Part shown: positions 36,834-48,373 of the stretch, piece after piece
Layout: the number at the start of each line of letters is the position of its first letter
Position numbering within the stretch: the stretch's first letter is position 1
Source of the DNA: Podarcis erhardii
Lineage: Eukaryota
Length of the DNA stretch: 64,000 nt
NCBI GenBank assembly: GCA_964252035.1
Contig: OZ176202.1
Direction: 5' to 3' (one strand)
Position numbers and translations under genes: made by a program
The notes under the pieces: model-generated
Databases searched by the model: none
What the model saw: only the letters and a program-made list of their open reading frames with translations
What the model was told of the DNA's origin: nothing

Positions 36834-37642
36834 TAGTTTTTAAAATGCCTTATTAGTATCAATTAGATTTCCTCTATTTTTGATGTAACTAGAGCATTTT
36901 AAGTATAGAATTTAAAATGGCAGGACTTTTACAGTGTTTACATACAAGTGCATTTTCTTAGTGTCCTATATGTGTAAAATAGCATTTTCAGCAGGAAAAG
37001 CTGGCTAGAACATTTGGCCTTTTCCTGGTCCCTATGATGATGCCTACACTTCTAGACTTCAATTTAGTATTGCTTTGTATCATGAAGCCAAGAAATTCAA
37101 TGTTGTTTGTAAATAGAATCATTGAAAAGCAATAAAATATATTGAACAAAAAAACTTGTTTGGCCCATAGTTTATGTGAAACCAAATTGTTCATGACAAA
37201 TCAAATTCCTTAGATTCATTTCTTTTAACAATCAGTTTTTAATAATCACATTCATCATTACTACTTGCTTTGATGCTTGCACATGGGAGAATACTAATGC
37301 TTAATAGCAGTCAGATACTGATATGGTGCACTGACTGTTCTAAATTCTTTTACCAAGTTCCAGAAACTGTTCATTGTTTTTTTTCCCCCTTTCATCGACT
37401 GCTACTAACCATTAGATATATTTTATTTCTATTTTTCCTTGTTAACCAGTTTTGTGGGAGTGGGCTTCTCCTTCATATGTTCAAATCATGATAGAAGGCT
37501 GTCATGATTTTTATTGCATTCTGTAGATGGTGTCAAGCAGTATGTCAGAATTAAACATGCTTGTTTTTATTAGTTGTGATTAGTTTTCATGTTGTCATTA
37601 AGCCGTCACTAGCTGAAACTAATCTCTTCTCTATCTTTCTTT

Positions 37643-37921
37643 NNNNNNNNNNNNNNNNNNNNNNNNNNNNNNNNNNNNNNNNNNNNNNNNNNNNNNNNNN
37701 NNNNNNNNNNNNNNNNNNNNNNNNNNNNNNNNNNNNNNNNNNNNNNNNNNNNNNNNNNNNNNNNNNNNNNNNNNNNNNNNNNNNNNNNNNNNNNNNNNNN
37801 NNNNNNNNNNNNNNNNNNNNNNNNNNNNNNNNNNNNNNNNNNNNNNNNNNNNNNNNNNNNNNNNNNNNNNNNNNNNNNNNNNNNNNNNNNNNNNNNNNNN
37901 NNNNNNNNNNNNNNNNNNNNN
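37643..37921 (+). other. QKI: Assembly gap (279 N) inferred to contain QKI-5 exon 8 (AATGN*) and the proximal 3' UTR
   Basis: Preceded by branch point ACTAAT (37618-37623) and a pyrimidine tract ctcttctctatctttcttt. Sequence after the gap (gtagtaaagcaataagg...) resembles the mammalian QKI-5 3' UTR as recalled. Confidence 0.7.
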
Positions 37922-40900
37922 GTAGTAAAGCAATAAGGTCCAATTCATCCCTCCGCACTGATCATCTTTTAGTGTCCCACCCTAAATGAATGGTAAGAAC
38001 GGCCTCACTTGAGAGATGGAGGCAGATGTCCCTTAACTCCCTGATGACAGAGGCAGTTACTGTGAGACTTCTAGGAATCTTTTTCTTCTCATAAAGAAGT
38101 CAAAGTTCTCTTTGAATGTACTGTGTGATGATGCATCATGCATGAACCTTTGGTCAGGGATGTCATTGGTGAAGGGATTCCTAAAAGTATTCAAAATTTG
38201 ACATGCAGTGTAGTCATTACCAATGCCCTCAAAGGGCAGAAGATGCAGCCTTTTTTATATTACCTGCCAAATTGGGTGTTTTTAAGAAGAAAAAAGTGCC
38301 ATGAAAGATAGGTTACTGAATTTTTGAACTACATCAATGCATAAACTAAACAGCAACACTATTGAAGCTAATCCTGAGATACTTTCTTTTACTATACATC
38401 AACTTCCTTAAAAGATTACATGAGTACAAGGTACATGCATTATGTGTCACATTACTGGGCAAACTGTTCAAATATTTTTTTAAACCTCCCTNNNNNNNNN
38501 NNNNNNNNNNNNNNNNNNNNNNNNNNNNNNNNNNNNNNNNNNNNNNNNNNNNNNNNNNNNNNNNNNNNNNNNNNNNNNNNNNNNNNNNNNNNNNNNNNNN
38601 NNNNNNNNNNNNNNNNNNNNNNNNNNNNNNNNNNNNNNNNNNNNNNNNNNNNNNNNNNNNNNNNNNNNNNNNNNNNNNNNNNNNNNNNNNNNNNNNNNNN
38701 NNNNNNNNNNNNNNNNNNNNNNNNNNNNNNNNNNNNNNNNNNNNNNNNNNNNNNNNNNNNNNNNNNNNNNNNNNNNNNNNNNNNNNNNNNNNNNNNNNNN
38801 NNNNNNNNNNNNNNNNNNNNNNNGTGCCTTATTTTCTTCATGGTCATTTAGTCAGATGTCTCGTATAATCCGCTCCTCCCTCAGACAGCAAGTTAATGCA
38901 TGCCACTCTGTCGCCCAGTATGTGAAAAGAAGCTGTGAGGAAAGACAAATGAGTTGACCATTTAAATTACCTGGTTTTTGCCATAGCATAATGCAACTTT
39001 GTCAGATCTGAAACTGTGAAATGGAATTGTTCCACCAACAGCCAACCGCAATATTTTTGTAACATGTTCCCTCTTCAATTGTAGACAATATATTTTTATA
39101 GTACTTGCTCAGCCTTAAACCAAAGGGTTCTAAGATGCAGTCTCATTCTAAATCAAAGTATTAGATTACACTATTTATACAGTAGCAAGTGTTATTACCC
39201 CCCCACCCCCCACCCCTGGAATAGGTTGCATTGTCCCTATTTGAAATAGATAAGGGAAAACACAGCAGAACGTGAACTTGCCTACAGGATGATTTTGCCC
39301 ATGACTAAACTGAGCATTCAGACAGTCTGTCTTTGAGCATGTTTTAGGTTTTTGTGTGCTTCATCTACAATGCCAAACTCCTACTTGATGAATGTTAACT
39401 GCCGGTTGCGCTTTACTGAAAAGGAAAAGAAGTATCAGTTAACTATCTGGAAGTTCAGCTATGCTTCAGTTTGAGTGAGTAAACATTTGCATAGCTGGGC
39501 TAGTGGTGATAAAACACTTTACGCACAAAGGTGAAGTAAAAAAAATATGAGCAAGTAGTGATACGTTAATTGCTTTGAGCAGATTTGGCAAAGATCAGGT
39601 GATAACCCCCCTCCATTGTGTCAACTTATTATCCTAAAAATCTTCACAGCTTCCAAATCAAAGGTCAATAGTAAGTTAGGTAAGAGGGCTTACTTTTTAA
39701 GCACCTGCATGGTGACTTGGTCTAACCATTGTGTCTCACCTGGAAACAAGTATCAATTTATTTACTATGCAATAAACATACATCCTTTTGTATTCAGCTA
39801 GCTTTTATTTTACCTTGCCACTGGCTTTGTCTTCCTGTTACACATAGGTTTTTTGGTTTGACTTTCAGTATATGCTGTGCCATTTTGATTTTTGTTTGGT
39901 TGAATAAACTTACAACACTCAAAAATTTTGGAGAGAGAATTGCTAAAACATAACCAGTATTTGATCCAGTTTCATCTCAACTATGATAAACCTGGACATT
40001 TTTAGATGCTGATCAAAGGTCTCTTCTTGGGAGAAGTGTGACTTATAAAAGTAATGTTTGTTCTGAAAAAGTTTGAAGACTTAGTTGACAACATTTTGGA
40101 TCAACTTAAAGCATGACATTTGAAATCTCTGAATGCCTTGGTTCTCAGTATTATCATTCTTTATTGAATTTTTCTTTATTAAAATATGTAGTTTAAGACT
40201 TTTTTCTGACAGTATTATGTAATTTTTTTTAGAGTGGGTATACATACATCGCTTGTATGTTACCATACAGACGACATGTATTTGTCTATTCCTTNNNNNN
40301 NNNNNNNNNNNNNNNNNNNNNNNNNNNNNNNNNNNNNNNNNNNNNNNNNNNNNNNNNNNNNNNNNNNNNNNNNNNNNNNNNNNNNNNNNNNNNNNNNNNN
40401 NNNNNNNNNNNNNNNNNNNNNNNNNNNNNNNNNNNNNNNNNNNNNNNNNNCTGATTGAGAAAAGGATACAAAAATGCAAAACCCACAATTTTGATAACTG
40501 AAAATTGCCAATTGTTTTGCAGTACTTTATTATTATATTGGGAGTGTTGTCTTTGGGCTTTTAGTTAGCTACTGGATTGAATACATTAGACATATCTGGG
40601 TTTTAGTTGGGTTTTTACATAGCTTGCATTTTAATTCTTTGGTTCTTTGCTGTTTCTATTAACCCATAGCATTATTTTAATAAATGTTATAATACCAACC
40701 TACTAACTCTGGACTATGTCAGTTTATTAACCATTACATGTTTAATTAAAATAAACAAGGAAAGACGGAAGAATGTAAAGTCTTGAGTTATTGGACTAAC
40801 CCTGAAGAACGTGACCACCGATAACACAACGTGACTTGTTTTATGTTGTTTGTTTGGCTGACATTCTGCACACTACTATTAAATTGGCTTTGGTCATTCT

Positions 40901-43900
40901 GGCCTCTTACCTTGGGGGTAGGTGCCAATAGAGTTGGGAACAAGTAGCATTATTGGAGGCATTCTTGTAGAGTCTTGCCACTTGCCTTTCAGCATCTGCA
41001 TTACTAATTCCACACTTTCCTTCTCTGAAATAATCACTGTCAGCTCACAGCAAAAGGGCAAAGATACCAATCTATTGGTAAATTATGTTAGGTGCCCAGA
41101 GGAACCAGTTTGATTCTTTGTTGAGCCATTTTGAAGCTACACAAATTCAGTGTGATTTGAAGCACTGATTAAAAGGACAATTCAGCAGACATCTCAATAT
41201 GTAACTCTCCTGTGTTGTTCATGCTTCTGAATGTATTTGAAGCAAGAAACTTTTCACCCCTTACTCTAGCAGAATCTGCCTCTCTCCCTTGTACATGAAT
41301 CTAAATTACTTTCACTGTGACCCTGAAGGGGTTTAAGTTGCAATCCTCAAACCACATAATTCTCAGGTAATTGTACTGACTTCAAGCAGGTTGCTTCACA
41401 GTAAACAGCTTGAACACTGTAGCTTAACTACTTTTAGGATTGCGGGTTTTTAAATCTTCTGTAGTGTTTGAACACCACTTAGCTCAGGGCAGTACAAAGC
41501 TGTACAAAGTCGAATAGGTCATTTTGTAATAACTGCAAAAAGTAAATAAACTCTTTAGTAGTAGCCATTTTCAAAAAGGAGGTCTAAAGTTGACTGTTAC
41601 CAAGGGATAACTTTAGCAATCAGAGTTCAGAGAAGCAAGCTGTAGTAAGTTACTTTCAATCAACTTCATTCTACTAGGAAACAATTGTTAAGAACTTGGG
41701 GTTATATCCCCAAATTCATCCTATTTACACAAGGACTACAGCTTGTGCAACCGAATTTCTCTGTCTTGTCCCATGTGCACCTCTTCTGGGAGGTTTCCCT
41801 GTCTCTCCAAAGCATGCTGTGGAGGTGCATGAAGAGAGGAAAGGGGGAGTTCCATTGCACAAACAGTGTCCTTGTGTGAAAATGGGGTGACTTTGTTCAA
41901 TACAACCCATGCTTTCTGTGGCCTATTCATAGCTGCTATGTTAATTACATTTGTTTAAAATTTACTCATTTGTAAACAAAAATGATTTTGTATAGACAAT
42001 GACACCTGAGTAAAGAAATCAGTTTTAAATATACCCATTAAAATATATATAACTGAAGCATTATACTTCAGTTCCACCACATAATAAAAACAAAATCCCA
42101 TCTATTAGATAGAGGCTATGTTAGGACAGATTGATACATTTTAAACATAATCAAGGATTCTTTATGAATAATATAATAAAGTAGAAAATACTGAAATCCA
42201 GAGTTTTAACTAGATAATACTCAATATTTGTGATAATATGAAAGTTTGTTCTTAAGTATAAAACAATAAAAGGGTGTTTTGTAATAAAGGTTGATAACCC
42301 ACTTCAGTATTACACCAATATACCTGTCATCAACATGCTTCAGTGGTCAACAAATTTTAGCCTTGCCCCATGAGTTGTATTCAACACTACATGAAAGGAA
42401 CAGACTTTGCTTGTGCGGTTGGATGTCACCTTCATTTTCTACCCCATGCAACCTTCTACACACCCTAAAAATTGCTCCAGAGGGTTTGGGGAAGGCGAGA
42501 AGTCCTGCTGTGCAAGTGGATGTCTTCCCTTGCAGCACTGGTTGCATACCCACTTGTTTGAAGCCACAACCAACATTGATTAATATTTGTATAATATAGA
42601 ACAGTGAGACATTTTTAAAATAAGAATAGTAATAATAACCATGGCTTGTTTTATGGTGAGAAACCAAACCTTCCTGTGAGCTGGAAGAAGGGATTTAATT
42701 TGTATGTAAAGGCAAAAGGCATGTCATTCCAATGACAGATGCTCATGCCTGTTGAGCCCTCCTGAGTGTGGATGGGCTTTTGAAAAAGCTGCTATTCAAT
42801 GGAGTTGGGAAGCACCCATGCACAAGCACAGCGTCTCATAAATCAGGATCCTTGCCATATAGTTCCTTGAGATGGCTCCTTATGTATTTAATTTGAAATT
42901 GGAGTTAGACATTATTTCTAAATACTTAAGTCACATTTTAAACACTGCTGGTTACTTAGTGATAAAAATCTACTACCATTGGGGATGGGGGTACCCATTG
43001 TTAAGTCTCATCGGAAAAGGCTCACTGAAATAAGGGTGAGTTACTTAAGTCTGCTTGTTGCTGTTACACTCTTTAGTAGAAAAGCAGGTCCCTATGATTT
43101 TTTCCTCTGAAGTGGGGAGAGTTTGTGGCTATTTTTCCTGGAATAAACAAGCTCATCTAAATACAAGACAATATGTAACTGGAAGGAATAAACTGGTCAA
43201 GACACCAAATTCATAGCCTGCTTACAAGTCCTATTAACCATGATGAAGCTGGCATCTGAGTAAACATGTTTAGGATTGTGCTATATCCTGTAGAAGTTAA
43301 AAATAGTCCTTAGGCCATAATTTTGTCCATTCAAGTAGAATTTATCTTTGCACCTAACCTAGTTGGATTAAATAGTTCTCCAATACCAGATCTTTAAGTG
43401 AACACTTAAAAGATGGCCACTCTTTGCTTAAAATAACAATTACTGTAGACCACCATTACCAATTGACAACTTTTAGTGTAGGTAGGGACCACTGAAGTAA
43501 TTTCATTAGGAAATGCCAGTGGAAGTGGATAGCCATACAATAATCACATAGTAGGCACAACTGTGTACAATAAATATATGTTAACACAAGTTTCTGAAGT
43601 AGCATATTTCCTAGAATAAAGATAGGTCCACAGTCTAAAAACATTCCCAGGATGCAAATTGTGAATTGTGCTTGGAATTCCTATCTTTATTTTTGATGTA
43701 GCATTAATATATGAAGTGAACACAATCGCCAGTGAAATACTTTCTGCTAATCAATGTTGAATCAAACTGGTTAACTAAAGAACAGTGCTCCTGATTCTTT
43801 TTATGCTGCCAGATCACTAACTGCAGGTGTAAAAATCCTGCCTTAGAAGTGGGTATTTGAGAAGCAGCAGGTGGCTTACTTGCAGTATTCACTTCTGGAA

Positions 43901-44290
43901 ACCAGTTGTGCTAGTGGTTGACTACTAATTGCATCAGGAGAAATTACTCCCAGGACAAAGGTTTGCTTCTGAAGGACTAATGATTAAGGAGAATTTTTAA
44001 AATATATATAAATAACCTATTGAGTTCTGTTGTGAGAATGCTTGAATCATTTAAGTTTTTGTTTGTGCAACACAGTGTATTAGGAAAAAATGGGTGTTGC
44101 CCAAACACTTGTAAATAATAATAAGAAACACGCCTGTAAATGATGTGCAATAAAAACTGGAAAAATTATATGTGCTTTATCCTCAAAAGCCAATTGACAG
44201 CTTGCAGGGCTGTCAATACTTTTATATTTTGAAAAGTCAAATTTTATTCTGTATCAATGTATGGCAGAATAAAGAATGTACATTTTGCAC
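37922..44290 (+). other. QKI: QKI-5 3' UTR (long form), including two more N-gaps (38492-38823, 40295-40450)
   Basis: UTR-like AU-rich sequence. Candidate poly(A) signals at 40679-40684, 40750-40755, 44149-44154 and 44268-44273. Confidence 0.55.
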
Positions 44291-45140
44291 TCTTTAACTG
44301 TCATTAATGTTTCTAACACCTTAAGAGATTCCAGAGTTCTGCATCTAGTTCCCTAATTCATTCTCATTGTAAAATACATGTGAGATAGCCTGTATCAGTC
44401 AAAGGAGATCAGAATTGTGTGTGTGTGTAATCGATGAGTTAATTTAGAAATACTCCTTAAACAACCAGACAAGAATGAGTAAAGTCCAACAAAAAGTAGA
44501 ATCCTTGTGTTCCATGTAGTTATTGAACAAGATAAATAAATGTTGTACTTGTCTTACAGGTAATTAAACTTCCGTGGCTAGGTGCTACATCCTAGGAAGA
44601 GCAAAACTGCACATTTCCCTTGCTTTATGGCATGTTATTCCAGGAGTACTTAACCTTTTGCTTTAATGAAGGTCCCTGCCCTTATTCTACTCTGTCTCTG
44701 AAGGTTTAAGGAAATGGCAGCTTTTGTTTTTGAAATGGTAGATTCTCTAGATGCCTTGGTGTTGCAGCTGTTGGTGGGGATATTCTGGAAACCTGGTCAA
44801 TATTTTCAGCCTCAAGAAGAGATGGGCACTCAACTGTGTTATTGGCACTCTGCATCTTATAGGTTGCTGAGGCACAGGATGGTTGTAGCATTAAGCAAGT
44901 CAACCCTCCACAATGACCTCCTATTTCTTTGCTTCCCTTCTCCCAAGTTGCATCCCTTCCCAATATTCACCGGTTTCCTGCCTGAGGAATCATACAGACC
45001 ACTAAGGGAACCAGCTTACCTCAATCACATCATTTCAGTCTTCTCAAAAAATTCTTTTGCTTTATTATTATTCATTTCATTTCTGTATCACTTTATATTT
45101 TAAAGAAAAAAATCTGGAAGTGGTTTACAACACATTAAAA

Positions 45141-45276
45141 CAGGCATAGGCAAACTTGGCCGTCCACATGTTTTGGGACTACAGCTCCCATCATCCCTGA
45201 CCACTGGTCCTGTTGGCTAGGAATGATGGGAGTTGTAGTCCCAAAACATCTGGAGGGCTGAGTTTGCCTACGCCTG
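45141..45276. mobile_element. Short hAT-like MITE
   Basis: TIRs CAGGCATAGGCAAAC / GTTTGCCTACGCCTG. Internal inverted repeat tgggactacagctcccatcat / atgatgggagttgtagtccca. Confidence 0.8.
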
Positions 45277-47940
45277 CAAAACATCAAATAAAGCAAACCA
45301 TAGTAAAACATTACTGAAGAAAGTAAAAAAAAAGCCAGCATACATCCAAAGCATAATGAACAGGAAACCAAAATATTAGTAGATTTCAAAATAAAATGTT
45401 ACAAAGGAGGTCAACTACAGAGTGTACATTTAACACATTTAGTACATTTTTATTAAACATGTCAGAAGAAAACATTACTAAAGTAAGTGAAATATAAAAG
45501 GCACATTTGAAACAGTATAATTAATGAGAATAAAATATTGTCACAAGCATAGAACACATCTGGTGCTGTTGCTGTCAATCTTGCCAATGGTAGATCATGG
45601 TGAGTGGCGGTCATGGAAGCTCAGACTTCATGACCTGGGTCTGCACTAAGAAACAGCCAAGATAGTCTCCACAGTAGCCTCAGCTTTTTATCCCTCCCAG
45701 GCAAGGAGCATGCCTTCCAGGAGGACTCGCAGCCAAGATGGCCTGTGGCTTCGTCAGAACTCTAGCTGAATGGTGCTGCTATGCTAATAAGAGGTACATT
45801 GTGATTGCATAAATTATGCAGCATACTGTATATCCTGCACTGGGGAACAATATATCCAGTTGGCAGTTGCCTTGGATCAGAGCATCACTTTCCCCTTGTC
45901 ACTTGCTAACAGCAACAGCAAGAGGACAACATACAGTTAACATTCCTGGCATCAGTTCTGTTTGATCAGTAGCTTGAATTACTGGCAGTCCAGTTTGCAG
46001 TGAACTACATCTAAACAGCAAAAAGAGAGGTAATGGTTTTGCTGGGCTCTTTAAACCCAGTATGGCCTGCCCAGGTGTGTAACCTATGGACAAAGTGTCA
46101 GAGGGAAAACCATTTTCCAAGACTACTCAGTCAGTACAGCGCAGGAGATCATATTCACCTCTCCTTTGGCTGGTCATTGTTTGTAGCCTAAAGCACACAC
46201 CTTTTCCTTGCTTTTTGTTCTCATAACCTCATCTAGGCAACATCATGTAGCCCCAGTTGGTTCAGCTCTACTGCCTTTGATCTGCTTGTCCTGCACATTG
46301 TAAAAGTAAGTTACAATTAAAACAACCACCACCATCATATTCAAGGCTTCTAGGCCACGATCGGTTGAGCTACTATTTTAGTCAGTTGCTGACATGAATT
46401 AATTGAAATAGCCATTACTAAAGAAAGAAAGGTGGGATGAAACAGGCACAACAAGCAATGTTTCTTAGGTTCCACCTTGGAATGTTTATGTAGCTGGCTG
46501 CTGTCCTAATGGCTCCAGCCATGACTCATTTGCTCTATTTGCCTTTTTTTACTATTACTTTGATATGTCCTCTGCTCTGAGCATGAGCCCTCCTGTGTAG
46601 GAACAAGCCTTCTCATAAAGGGCTTAAGCACCTTCCAGAATATGCTACGTTATCCTTTTGCATGTTAAGATTTTCTCATGTCCTGTTAACACCTGCATTC
46701 ATCTGAATAAATATGCTCACAAGGATAATAATCCAGAAAAAGTTGCAAATGTAAATAAAGCTTTTATTCTTTGCATGAAATTGCAGGCGATATCACAAAT
46801 AAATTGTGCAAAACAATGCTAAAGTTGTGCTGCTGAGAAACTTGAACTCCTTTCTGTGGCAAAAGGCTGAACGCTTGGTCTTCTGGTTAAAATGCACTGT
46901 CGTGTGGACTACAGATCATAAACTCATTCTTCATGAAAGCAAAGATCCATGCAGTGCTTTTATGAACCTGGGATCTTGGTTGCCAGTAAATCCCTTTTCT
47001 CCTTTGTGGTTTGTGCTAAGATACCAAGAGCATGATAAATAGCAGGGGGATTGCTAAGTACTTCCGAGTTTCAAGTATAAGCTGATATTTACATATGCCA
47101 ATTTAGAATACAAATATCACAGAAACAAATTAATTTCCAATCCACAAATTGCCCCCAATAAAGTCTTAATTTGCGCCCCACTCTAGATCACCCTCAATCA
47201 TTCACTTGCATTCAATTAATTTCCCAACAGATCCTGTTCCAGATCTCTTCAAGTACCACCAATCTTACTAGATAGTCCTCTTAATTTATTTCCTTGAATT
47301 AATTACTCACCTAGAAGCTCTTGAGGCACTCAGGAAAAAGGGGGAGCCTGTGCCCAAGGACCCATCCCTAGCAACACTCCTGGTGACTGTGTCTTAAGAG
47401 CATGTTAAAAGCAGCTTTTCTCTTGCTGTTTGGGCCTCTTGAGAGCTGATGAAACAGTTTGAACACAACGTCCTCCCCATACCCAACACACAGCCCTTGC
47501 TATGTAATTGTAAGTTATGGAATGTTTCAGGTTTGCTACATGCACACTTACGGTACTAGTAGCAAAGATGTTGCATGTGTATATTAGGAGCACTTTCACC
47601 TCTGAACTGCAACACTGGATTTACTGTGGTGATTATTCAGATTATTTGTGGGAGAGATGTTATGTATCAACCAGCCTCTGAATCTCCCACATGAACCACC
47701 AGATATTTTAGTCCTTGAAAAGAGAAAGGAAATAAGAGTGGTAGGGATTATCTGCAGTCTACACTTCTGAATTGTGTCAACTGTCCCAACAAACATGAGA
47801 GCGTTTGCAATTTGAAAGCATCACAGAATGTGTTGCCTAGTCATAGATTAGCTTTCATAGCCTTAAAACTAAATAAATAACAGCTTGGTCGTCCCATATT
47901 TCTCCCCAACTTCTGAGGCCAGTTGAAGTACTTTGAGGAT

Positions 47941-48373
47941 TGTAATGGTTCTAGGGGTTGCTCGTGCGTAAGTCGTCACCACACCTGGCTGAGTTACCTG
48001 GGTGAACCCGATTCTGTCCGGACAGCCACTCACCCATGGCTGTCTCAGTCGCTGGCAGAATCCGTCAGTGGGCGTTTCTTGAACTTCTTCGAGCAAAGAA
48101 GCTCTTTGACGCCTAGTCTCCGCCTACTCTCCCTGCGCAGAAGCCTTCTGCGCAGGGAGGGTGTGGGCAGCGGAGGACCCGTGCTCTCCCCGCTGGTCTC
48201 CGGCGAGGAGTCATGGAGCCACCTCACCGATTCCCCCATCTGCCCCTCTTCTCCACTGGTGCTACGCTGATTTCCCTCCCCAATAGCTGGGCTGCTTCTC
48301 TCCCTCCTGGGACGGTCCGTAATCCCTCTGGAGCCCTCCCTCTCCCTCTGGTTCCGATGGCAGTTCCCTGACA
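47941..48373. mobile_element. Solo LTR (433 bp; Gypsy-like by TSD length)
   Basis: TG...CA ends (TGTAATGG ... CCCTGACA). 5-bp TSD AGGAT at 47936-47940 and 48374-48378. CpG-rich relative to its flanks. Confidence 0.8.

Larger units (their letters stand above)
32344..37140 (+). other. QKI: Long AU-rich 3' UTR of QKI-6/QKI-7, overlapping QKI-5 exon 7 and intron 7
   Basis: Follows the QKI-6 stop and appears TE-free. Candidate poly(A) signals AATAAA at 36245-36250 and 37131-37136. 3' end not determined. Confidence 0.55.

Noticed and set aside
32998-40511. Many long ORFs containing X runs
   Set aside because: Artefacts of translating through N-gaps.
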